A stretch of DNA of 37,900 nt. Origin: Chrysochromulina tobinii (taxonomy: Eukaryota). Of the stretch, positions 10,472 through 20,500 are shown piece after piece. The translations under genes were made by a program, and so were the position numbers. The notes beneath the pieces are model-generated. The model worked only from the letters and a program-made list of their open reading frames with translations, was not told the DNA's origin and did not search any database. Positions within the stretch are counted from its first letter, which is position 1. Every line of letters begins with the position of its first letter. Location: positions 1 to 37,900 of the forward strand of contig JWZX01002783.1 of the NCBI GenBank assembly GCA_001275005.1, given 5' to 3'.

Positions 10472-10968
10472 ACGACGGTGGCCTCGTGCCCCTGGCGTCG
10501 CGCGCGTCGGTGTGCTTGAACGACGCTTAGTAAGATATCATAAAGATATCAGGTTGATGAAAATCCAGAGACCGTGTGGTCGACACCTTTTTGTTGTCAC
10601 TTGTATTTACTTGTGCAGTCGAGTGTACGGTATCTGATGAAAGTCATCTCGGATCAGTCGAACGCTCGAGCGGTGAGACTGTGACTGTGTTGTGTGTAAT
10701 GTGTACTCCCAGACCGGATGCGGGTGCTCGATCTCTCAGCCGAGCCCGCCACTGCTGCGAGTTGCGCTCGCGCTCCTGTCTTTGCGCCGCCGACGTCCGC
10801 CGTTCGGCTCGCCGACTCGCAGCCGGCACCGGGCGCGGGCGCGGGCCGAACTCCGCCTCGAGCTTCCTCGCATTCGCCCGTAGGTCCGCAGAGAGGTACG
10901 TGACGCTGAACCCACTTGGAGCGATCTCGATCTGCACCACGTCCTCAACGTCCCCAGCGGCCTCGCGG

Positions 10969-11733
10969 CTAAGGCCTTGCGACACCACCTCCTCCGGCCC
11001 ATAACAGACTTTCGCTGAACTCCGCCATTCCTCCTTGCTCGTATGCCCCTGCGGCGTCGAGGCGCGCGCGCTTTCCATCCGGCATCCCTCCATACGGCAT
11101 TGATGGCCCCGTTGACGACATCAACGCGGCGGCCGCGCCGACGTCCGACGGCCCACTGTTGCTGTAGTGCGACTTGAGGTGCGTCTTCAGGTTGTACTCC
11201 TGTGCGAATCGCTTATCGCACCCCGGGAAGGAGCACACAAATGGTCGCTCGCCCGTGTGCGTGCGCATGTGCGAGCGAAGGTTGAAGTCGAGGGAGAAGC
11301 GCTTACCGCAGCCCTCAAACGGGCACAGGTACGGGCGCTCGCCCGTGTGCGTGAGCGAGTGCCGCTTGAGCTTTGACGAATCGAGGAAGCGCTTGCCACA
11401 TCCTTCAACCTGGCAGACGTACTGTTTCTCGCCGTGCGTGTGCATGTGCTTGCGCAGCGAAGCCGCATCTGCGAACGCCTTGCCGCAGCCCTCGAGCGGG
11501 CAGAACTGCGGTTGGCCGCCTTCACCGAAGGAGTGGTCCACGGAGAATGCGGGCGCCTCGTCTGATACCCACTTGCGCACCAGCATCTCGCCACCGAGCG
11601 TCCTCAGCGTGACGACCTTTGAGATCCATCGCCGCGGCCGTGTCGCTAGCGCGGGTGCGGCTGCATCATCCTCGGCTGGAGCACACTGATCGGCGTCAAC
11701 ACCGGCGACGGCCGAGCCTCCGTTGGTCGCCAT
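10969..11733 (-). CDS. YY1: YY1/Pleiohomeotic-like C2H2 zinc-finger transcription factor
   Basis: Four C2H2 fingers with YY1-diagnostic strings LRKHMHTHG, FLDSSKLKRH, CPFEGCGKRFSLDFNLRSH and FAQ..NLKTH. Upstream RRWISKVVTLRTLGGEMLVRKW resembles the REPO domain. First ATG at 11733. Confidence 0.92.
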   Translation of the reverse strand: MATNGGSAVAGVDADQCAPAEDDAAAPALATRPRRWISKVVTLRTLGGEMLVRKWVSDEAPAFSVDHSFGEGGQPQFCPLEGCGKAFADAASLRKHMHTHGEKQYVCQVEGCGKRFLDSSKLKRHSLTHTGERPYLCPFEGCGKRFSLDFNLRSHMRTHTGERPFVCSFPGCDKRFAQEYNLKTHLKSHYSNSGPSDVGAAAALMSSTGPSMPYGGMPDGKRARLDAAGAYEQGGMAEFSESLLWAGGGGVARP

Positions 11734-11834
11734 GCTGCCTCGAAGCCGAGGCACTATGAAAACAGTCAAGTTTACGTTGGGAGGTGTGATTAAGATGTGT
11801 TTCGTCGCCGAGCTTTTCGGCGACGTGACGAACA

Positions 11835-13190
11835 ATGGGGCCCACGTACCTCACCGTCGGCTCATACGAGGGCCACCTCGTCGGCTACCGTCTCGACCCG
11901 CCGGCGCTGGCACTCGAGGGCGACGCGGAACTTCGGCGAGCCGCGGTTCCCACCTCCTTCGCGATCAAGGCCCACGACGGCTGCCTTCGTGCCATTGCGT
12001 CAGGAGGCTCCTACATGGCAACGTGCGGTACGGACCACGCCATATCTGTGTACAACCTGCGCAAGCTACGTGAGCAAGGCAAGTTACTCCAGCAGGCAGG
12101 CGGCGTGACGCTCCATTGCCTCGCCTTCTTTGGTGAGTCCCACCTGGTCTCCGGCGGAGGCGACGGTGAGCTGTGCATATGGCGTGCGTCAGACTGGGAG
12201 TGCTTGCTGCGAATGAAAGGCCACAAGGGCGCGGTTCACGCCATCGCCATCCACCCTTCTGGACGCGCAGCGCTCTCAGTCGCTGCCGATAGCAAACTCA
12301 TGCTTTGGAATCTTACCACGGGAAAGTGCAACTACACGGCGGCTCTAGCTGAGCCCGCGCGCCTCTTATCGTGGTCAGCTGACGGTGAGTCGTACGTGCA
12401 CGACACGCGCCGCGCGCTTCTGTTGCACGCGCTGCGCTCAGGCGAACTTTTGCACTCGTTTCCACACGACAGCTCGCCGCCTCTAGCGCTCGCCTTTGCG
12501 CCGGACGGGTTGCTCCTCAGCGGAGACGACGCGGGAACGCTGCGCGTGTGGAGTGTCGCCGAAGGTCACTGCGTGCACACAGAGAAGAACGCGCACGCTC
12601 GCCGCATCAAGGGAATCACACAGCTTCCGAGCGAAGAAGTCGCCTCGACCGGCAAAGGCGGTGCCCGCCATCACGCGTTCGCAACTGCATGCTCGGATGG
12701 CATCGTCTCTGTTTGGCGGCTCTCGACAAGTAGCGGAAGCGCCTTGAGCAGCGGCAAGACGAGCGCAGGTGGTCAGTCCGGCAAGACCAGGGCAGGTGCG
12801 GCCACACTGCAGCGCCTATTTTCGATCGAGACGCGGCTGCGGCTGACCGCGATCTCCGCAAGTACGCCCGCGCGCGTCGTGATGCCGTCCCCTCGGGAGG
12901 GAGCGCCCCCGTCCACAGCCCCTGTCGCACCAGCAAACAAGCGCGCAAACGCGGCCCAAGAAGCCGAGGGTGGCGACGATGAGGCGGACGATGCAGCCGA
13001 AGAGGCCGATGCTGTGGTGGAAGCGCCGATCGAAAAGAAGCGCCAGCGCGCGACAGTGGATTCGGGTGTGCAGATGAGCAGAGCTCTGAGTAGCAGCACG
13101 AGCATCGAAGACAGCGAGCCGTCGCTGACTAAGGTGCTCAAAAAGAAGAAGAAGAGGGAGAATCGCGGAGTTGGAGCGACACCGGAATAG
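11835..13190 (+). CDS. PAK1IP1: WD40 60S ribosome biogenesis factor PAK1IP1/Mak11
   Basis: N-terminal VGSYEG, AHDG, GTDH.I.VYNL, GHKGAVHAIAIHPSGRAALSV..D..L.LWNL..G, AHARRIKG, RLTAI, and a Lys-rich NLS-like tail. Confidence 0.88.
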   Translation: MGPTYLTVGSYEGHLVGYRLDPPALALEGDAELRRAAVPTSFAIKAHDGCLRAIASGGSYMATCGTDHAISVYNLRKLREQGKLLQQAGGVTLHCLAFFGESHLVSGGGDGELCIWRASDWECLLRMKGHKGAVHAIAIHPSGRAALSVAADSKLMLWNLTTGKCNYTAALAEPARLLSWSADGESYVHDTRRALLLHALRSGELLHSFPHDSSPPLALAFAPDGLLLSGDDAGTLRVWSVAEGHCVHTEKNAHARRIKGITQLPSEEVASTGKGGARHHAFATACSDGIVSVWRLSTSSGSALSSGKTSAGGQSGKTRAGAATLQRLFSIETRLRLTAISASTPARVVMPSPREGAPPSTAPVAPANKRANAAQEAEGGDDEADDAAEEADAVVEAPIEKKRQRATVDSGVQMSRALSSSTSIEDSEPSLTKVLKKKKKRENRGVGATPE

Positions 13191-13708
13191 CCGCTTTCAA
13201 ACGAACAAGATAGGCCAGTGCCACAGAGGAGCTCTAGAGACGAGAGAGAGCGGACACGAGCCAAGGATGCCTCGTCATACCGAGGCGATGGTCGACCGCA
13301 CGCGAAGATTTCCGAGGGCCGCGGTACGCGGCAGGTGCGCGCCCGCGGCGCCACGGAGACGAGCCGCAAACGATCGCCTTCTAAGCCGGGGATGGGAAGC
13401 GCACGCGGTCCTGTTTCTCCTCGCTGGCGCCTCGTGCTCTCGTGGAAAAGAGCGTGTGCCTCCCGGGGCCGGGGATCCGCTTGGACGGCCCTCGCGCCGC
13501 GCGCACCCCGGATCGCCTCGACGGCCGTGACCCGTGTCCGCGGGTCGCGGGTGCCGCGACACCGTCTGCGTGTGCCGTGTGTCGTCTCAGGAATCATGGA
13601 TTTAGGATTGCTGACTCACTAGATACTTTTTACGTGCTGCATTGGGCGAGCGACCCGCGCGTCCGGTTCATCGGCCATCGTGTGGCGGATCCATCACTTG
13701 AATCGCGC

Positions 13709-14254
13709 TTAGTCGAGAGCGGTCACAGTCTTGCCGCTCTCTGCCTGCTCCTCTTCAAAGCGTCCGGAATCAAGGTTGCGCAAGCACCTTGAGCTCTCAA
13801 TGACCCGGCCACCCATCACGATGACAACGGAGCCAGGTGCGAGCACGGCTGTGGCACCCACCGCCGCTCCCAAGTTGAACGGCGCGTCCGAGTCCTTGAA
13901 GCGTTCTGGCTTCATAGCTCCAGTGAAGGCAATCGCCTTGCCGACGCCCGCACCAGACTTGGCCAAGTATTGAGCAGTCTCAATGAGCGTGTCGGTCCCG
14001 TGGGTGACGATCAGGCGCGTCTCAGTGGCAGCGCGCACGGCCTCGACGAGAGCCTGTCGATCCTCATGCACAAGCTCGGTACTGTCCTTTCGACATATGC
14101 TCTGCACGCGCCATGTAATTCCCAGAAAGGGCAAGCCAGCCAGGACGCGCTCAGCTGCTGGCTCGTCGATCTCAAAGGCGTAGCCTTTGGTGTGTCTTGG
14201 ATAGTCTTTGTCGATCGTCCCGCCCATGCCGAGCACCGCGACTGCATGCTGCAT
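13709..14254 (-). CDS. Short asparaginase/glutaminase (catalytic N-terminal domain only)
   Basis: GMGGTIDK (first catalytic Thr), KDSTEL, VTHGTDT (second Thr), FTGAMKP...SDAPFNLGAA; 181 aa, intronless. Confidence 0.88.
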   Translation of the reverse strand: MQHAVAVLGMGGTIDKDYPRHTKGYAFEIDEPAAERVLAGLPFLGITWRVQSICRKDSTELVHEDRQALVEAVRAATETRLIVTHGTDTLIETAQYLAKSGAGVGKAIAFTGAMKPERFKDSDAPFNLGAAVGATAVLAPGSVVIVMGGRVIESSRCLRNLDSGRFEEEQAESGKTVTALD

Positions 14255-14347
14255 TATAAACTTTTACAGAAACATAGCGCCGTACCGGTCATTGTTTGGT
14301 CCTTGCCAAAAAGTAACCCTGGAGACACCGATGACCGCAGCGCGACG

Positions 14348-17019
14348 ATGGAACCTGCTTCCCGCTGTTTCAAGATTTTCAACTGTCACGTCGCGTTGCG
14401 CGGTTGCGACTCTGTTGCGACCGCTCAACAAGACGCGTTCGACCCTCTCTCTGTCATGAGCGGTGCCTCCTTGTCCGGTGCCGCAGCACCAACGGCATAC
14501 ACAGATTGGCAGGGCGAGGTCGTCTTCAATGTAGGTTTGCCAGCTGTTTCTCAAGCATGGGGTCCTCGCTACGGCCGTGCGCACATCTTGGGATTGACGC
14601 CAAGCGGCACTGACATCCGCGGGAATGTGACCGTGCTTGTGAGCGGCGCCGCATTCCACAATTTCGGTGCGCGCTCCCCGCCGACTGGGAGAATCCAAGC
14701 GTGATAGCACACTCAAGCACTTGACCGTCTTTTTTCTGTTGTGCAGGACACGTGCGGTGCCGATTCTGCACCGTTGCAGTGCCAGGTACTGTGCACCATG
14801 CGGGGGCGATCACGTGCGTCGCCCCCTCCTACGAGGAACTCGTCGCTGGGCGCAGCGGGTCACGGCCAACGATTCCGACGGCTTGCTCAGTTGACATAAC
14901 TCTAAACGGAGTTGATTACACGAGCCGTCCTGCGTATCCGTTCTGGTACTACAACTTGAGCCGCATGCCACTTGCTACCCTTCGGCCAAGTGGTGGTGGA
15001 CTGACCGGCGGGACACGAGTGAACCTGACTGGGATTGGATTTCTCGATTATGGTGGCACAGCAGGCTTTCAAGGTCCGAAGTGTCGTTTTGGAGCCAACG
15101 TGGTGCCAGCTACAATCGTGTCTACTCATCAGGCATCTTGCATCTCTCCTCCATTGCCAACACAAGCTATGGGTTCCTCAGACGTTCCCGTATGGTTGAC
15201 ATTCAACGGTTATACTGACAAGCGCGGACTTGGTGGCGACGGCGCCCTTCAATTTCGGTACTCGCATCCTCCCATTCTCAGTGGGCTTCACCCATGGGGT
15301 GGGCCGAAGGCTGGCGGAGTCCTTCTCACTGTACGCGGTTCGGGATTCGAGGACCGACGCCAAGCTTCGACCAATTGCACGTTGGATGACACCCTGTACT
15401 GCGAATTGCACAAGGTTGCCGTTGGTGTCGAGTACACGGAAGATGTGCGCACGGGTCTTGCATGCGTCTTCGATGGATCTGGCCGGGAGCCATCAGTGCT
15501 GGTGCCAGCGTCCATCGGTGAGGAACAAGACGAGCTTACGTGCTTGACTCCGGACGAGGTTACTCTGCGCCGGTTGTCAAAGCCTGTGGGAGCTTGGTGC
15601 GTTCACCTTGGTCACATGCCACAGTGTGGCGACGCCGCGTATGCCGCCGCTGGTGTGCTGGCTGTGGTCGTTCGTGTGACTGTCAACGGGGACGTGGGGA
15701 ATGCGTCGCCCACCTCGCTTGCGCACATGCTCTATCACGAAAGCGTGCCGCGTCTCGACTACGTGGAACCGTGGGGCGGTCCGGAAGCTGGCGGTACACC
15801 AGTGAGCATCATAGGCGAAGGACTGCTCGCCTTTGGGAGTCAGCCCCGTTGCCGGTTTGGATCAGTTTCAGTTCCTGCAGTTGTGGGAGGGCTGAACGGC
15901 AGCACTCATGCAATGGATGGATCGTCAGCACTTCGGGTTCGAGCCTATGCCCATCACGCACGCGCCAATCCGGCGATCACCATTCAGGCCGGACGGTTGC
16001 TAACGTGCGTCGCTCCACCCGGGCTGCTCAGCAGCGTACGCCTGACTGTGTCCCTTGACGGCTCGCGCTTCTCGACCAGTGCCGTGGAGTGGAGCTACAT
16101 CGACCTAATGGTAACTAGCGTCAGCCCAATCGGCGGACCGCTCGTGGGTGGCACGAAAGTGCAGATAGCGGGCTGGGGGTTGAGCTCGTCGTTTGGTGGT
16201 TATCGCTGCGCCTTTGGCAACGCCTCGGTGCTCGCATCGGCTAGCCCGTCCGGGGCTTTGGAGTGCTCTGCGCCTGCCACTACGCAGCCGGGACGTGTTT
16301 TAGTGCGCGTGAGCATCAATGGCGAAGTGAACGAGCGCGCGCTCTCGCCTGCTGGCGATGAGATGCAATTCTTCTACATTGATGACAGCCAGGTGGTTGT
16401 CAGCTCGCTCACACCAGCTCGGGGGCCCATTCGTGGCGGGACTGCGGTCACCGTCCGCGGCGCAGGCTTCGCCGCGCTCGGACCGACTCGGTGTCAGTTC
16501 GGTGAGGACGAGACGATCGGCGGCGTGCCGCAAATCGTCCCTGCCTGGCACAACAGCACCAACAACCTCACTCACGAAGTGAATGAATTTGTCTGCTACA
16601 GCCCGCCGTCTAAAGATTTTCGATTGGTACCCGTGCACCTCATGCTCAATGGCCAGCATCTGCAGAGAAGCGCGCTTCGTTTCAACTACACCCATCCTTG
16701 CTACGGGCGTGCGTCACTCGACTTTTATGAGCCGGAAGCTCGAGAGGCAGTCGCCCGCTACATGGCGTTGAACCCCGGTTATGCACTGACCACGGAGCAA
16801 GTGATTGAGATCGAGCAAAACTTGAACGCATCGAACCCACTCGTCACAGAACAGGCCCTGCGAGCGTACGCTGAGGCGACGTGCTTCGAGCCCGACGAGG
16901 CGCAGCTTGGTGAGTTCAGCCCGTGGGAAGATGCAGAGCCACCCATTGTGCTCGACGAGGCTGGCAATCTCGCCAAACCGCCAGATCTCCCAGCCGGCGT
17001 CCATCTAGATGAGGATTGA
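14348..17019 (+). CDS. IPT/TIG (Ig-like) repeat protein (2 exons: 14348-14666, 14747-17019; 863 aa)
   Basis: About six repeats of P.xGP..GGT.V.I.G.GF...C.FG...C.xP. Intron 14667-14746 (GTGCGC...TTTTTCTGTTGTGCAG) joins the frames as HNFGHVRCRF. The start may instead be ATG 14456. Confidence 0.85.
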
Positions 17020-17044
17020 CCTCCGGTTTTACTCTTTATGTTTA

Positions 17045-17360
17045 TGACACAACCGTGTTCGTGTGTGAATAGTGGTGGGTGTCTGTAACCGATCATCACA
17101 TGGTCGAGGTAGTCCGGTTGCCTTTCCGGGCAAGTATCCGGGTCGGACCAGTCGCGGACTCTGCTCCGTGACTGGACGACAGCGACCTCGATGGTGGTCC
17201 TTGTCTTTGTGCGTGTGCGCAGTTTGGCGCCAGTGCACGGCTCAGTGGAGCATACTAACAGTGAAACCAGTACGTCTTAGCACAACAGCATGTCAACTAC
17301 TGGCTCTTCAAATCGGTTACAGACACCCACCACTATTCACACATGAACACGGTTGTGTCA
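17045..17360. mobile_element. MITE-like element, 316 bp, with 49-bp terminal inverted repeats
   Basis: 17045-17093 (TGACACAACCGTGTTCGTGTGTGAATAGTGGTGGGTGTCTGTAACCGAT) is the reverse complement of 17312-17360 at 48/49 positions. No transposase and no clear target-site duplication. Confidence 0.65.
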
Positions 17361-17372
17361 AGAGACCTGGTC

Positions 17373-17414
17373 TACCAACGGTATACCAACGGTATACCAA
17401 CGGTATACCAACGG
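17373..17414. repeat. 11-bp tandem repeat (TACCAACGGTA) x3.8
   Basis: Three full units from 17373 plus TACCAACGG. Confidence 0.95.
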
Positions 17415-17547
17415 ATACTCAACTTGAAATTCGCCACTTTTATGCTGACACGCCGCGTCGGGCAACCGTACCCCGGAGCGTTCAACCGCACAGCCACAAT
17501 GTGGAGCGCGCGCGGCGCTCGCGCCTCGCGGTCAACCTCCAGCCAGC

Positions 17548-20500
17548 TCACCGGCCCGGCGGCGGCATCTGTCCCCAGTTGCAGCCTGTGCCCGCGGCAT
17601 TGCACGCAGTTTGGGTCGTGTACGTGTGGCACGACGGCCCAAGACAGCCGTAAGGCTGGCCACCACCCGGGCCCACTGGTCCAGGTGCAGGCCCCGGACC
17701 AACCGGCCCTGGCCCAACTGGCCCTGGACCAACAGGCCCTATCGGACCACCCGGGCCACTCGGGCCCGGCGCCGGTGGCGAGGCCCAAGATGTGATGGCC
17801 GACTCATCAGCGGTGATGTTCATGACGAAACTGAGGGCATACCACTCCTCGGGAATGGTGTACGGGCTGCCGCCGCTGATCGCCCACGCCGTCTGCGTGA
17901 GCGGCTTGCGCCCGTAGCCGGTCGAGAAGGCGACGTCGAGGAACAACTGAAGGCAGGCAAAGCTTTGTCCCGCGCCTCCGATGCACCTTGCATTCTTCAT
18001 GACGATGCCCAGCTTGGGCGTGCCCGATTCATCGGCGCCGACGCGCACGTCGGGGCCAAAAAGGGAGAGGTCGTGCCACCAGCCACCAGATGCGTGGGAC
18101 AAAGAGCCGTCCCAGCACGCGGGCGCAGGCTCCTTGACCACGAGCTTGAAGACCGCATCGTCGTCGCCGTAGTACTCGACAAACTCGGCCGGATCTGCCA
18201 GATTGGCGAAGGCGAGGCCTGGGCGCTTCTCCTGGCACTGGACAAGGAACGTGGTCTCGCACGTGCCCAAGGTATTCAGCGGGACCCTGTTTGCGAGGTC
18301 AGCCTGCCAATTGATCGCTGGTCGAGAGATCCGTCGTTCGACGAGGGGTGGATTCTCCAGAACCAAGATCATTGTCAACTCCACGCCCCCCGAGGTGCCG
18401 CGAGCGACTTTGACGGACTGGATCAGGTTGACTGAGGTCTGCAAGTTCCACTGGATCGCCTCGCCCCCAGATGAGGTCCCACTTGGGGGGCTCGTCAGCG
18501 CCATCATCCGCGTCTGGAAGGACACACTCGCTGGGCTCGACGAGAAGGGATTGGAACTTGTCAGCTTGCTTAACGGCTGCCCGAGCAGCGGCAGCGTGCC
18601 CACATCGCATGGCGGCCGTGCGCACGTGCGGAAGACGGCGCACTGCCAGCCCGCAAGGGCAGCGATGGCGAGGAAACCCGTGGCCCACGACGCTGCCGCA
18701 TATGCCAGGAGCAGCGCGCGGTAGACACCCTTGCGACCCACGCCCTTCGGCACCCAGACGCGCAAGCCCAGACGCGCGTAAGTGTCGTCGTGGCCCTTGA
18801 CGGCACGCCTGGCGACTCGCTCGAGGCGGTTGAGCCACTTGGCGTGGAGCTGGACGGCAAGGGAGATGGGGGGCAGCGCGGCTGCCTGGCACTGAAGGAA
18901 GAGGTGTGTTCCAGAGATAGGCTCGTAGCTCACCACGCCTGTGCCGTCAGGCATCTCGATGTACAGCGCAATCAGCGCACTCGAGGCAAGGATGACGTAC
19001 CTGATGCGGGAGGCAATCAAGTAGGACACGAGACGCAATCGCGCGCGAGCCGAGGATGACGTACCCGACAAGGGACGTCATCAGAGGCAATCAGGGCTGA
19101 TGAGGCAGGCCATCAGAGCTCAGTAGGATCAGGATGACGTACCCGACGGCGAGTCCAGCATTGAAGAGAGTGAGGGTTTGGGGCCAGCGGAAGACGATGA
19201 AGATGGGCGTGGCCAGCGCCGACGCCGCGATCAGCGCGCCGTGGACCCTGGGCTCTGTGATGTACCGCGACGTCGGGTTGGCGAACGCAACAAACTGCGA
19301 GACCAGCTCGAGTGGCCAAAAAAGGGGATCAATGACGGGGCAATCCACGCTCATCAGAGGCCATGACCTGCGAGACGAGCTCGAGGGCCTCGTTGATCAA
19401 TGGGGCAATCAACGCTCATCAGAGGCCATCACCTGCGAGACGAGCTCGAGGGCCTCGTTGCCCACCGCCATGGCGAGTAGCATCCAAGGATTGGATAGGA
19501 GGCTCCAGCCGCACCCGCCCTCTTGGCGGTCGGGCGTTGAAGACTTCCTCTCGGGGGCGGCCGTGGGCTTCTTTGACTGAAACCCGAGCATCTTCGCCGA
19601 CTTCCCCACAATGGACTGGACGACTTTCTTCGCCGACCCGGCGGCCGACTTGGCCAATTCGGCCTGCGCCATCGTGGAGCCCGCTGCGGCGTCCGCGAGT
19701 GTGCCCGCCTTCCCCACGGCCTGCTCAATCTTAGCAAGCCTGGCCTGCGCAGCGTCAACGGCTCGAGCACTGAGCTCGATGCCATCACTCGTTCGCGCGC
19801 GCTCCCATGCAGAGCGCAGCTGGCGAGGCGTGTGCACCACCATGCGAAGCACGACGAGGACGAGGATCGCTGCCGGAATGCCGAAGGTCAGACCCAGCGC
19901 CACGCCGGACGACTCGCGCTGGTCGGCGTACGAGGTGCGCGCCTCGCAGTCGGCGAGGAAAACTTGGCGGTCGATGAAGGGGCAACGCTCCAACTTCGTA
20001 CCGACGCTCCTGGCCTGGTACGCAAATGGATCGGGCTCGTTGGTCGAGGTAAATGTGTAGTGGGAGAACATCTCGCCATCGCAATCAACGTGCTTCGCAC
20101 ACTCCATGTGCCGGTGGACCTGCAGCATGCACTTGTTGAAGCGCTCCGCAGAATCCTCATAGTCGGGAGCACAAGCAGCGGGCGGGTTACAACCAGAGGG
20201 GCAGGTCAGGGGCAGCACGTCCCAGGTCTCACTGTTTGAGCAAGTACCCGCCGTGCTATAGTCCTGGCCCGGCGGGTACAACCATTTTTTCCAACGCAAG
20301 TTCCACGTCTCGCCCTGTGTAGCAGATGCAGTTGTTTGTAATTTGTAGTAGGAGGGGAGACACTGGGCAGTAGGCGACACGACCATGTTGGTGACCGTGA
20401 CAGCCGCAGCCACCATGGCGATCGCCAACCCGGCAGAGACCCAGATCAGGAAGATGCCAGGCAGTCCTAGCGCCGACGCTGCTCTAGGAGGAGCGTTCGC

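Noticed and set aside
13218..13622. GC-rich ORFs and a CTAG end as a possible Helitron terminus or gene
   Set aside because: Arg/Pro-rich translations with no domain, no subterminal hairpin before the CTAG, and the next base is not T; probably convergent UTRs.
17640..17785. Collagen-like domain in the Gly-Pro repeat
   Set aside because: The period is mostly 5 residues (GPGPV), not a sustained Gly-X-Y triplet.
19295..19460. Repeats with intervening sequence as a possible CRISPR array
   Set aside because: The 'spacers' are copies of each other, the repeat is exon sequence, no cas genes are present, and the context is eukaryotic.
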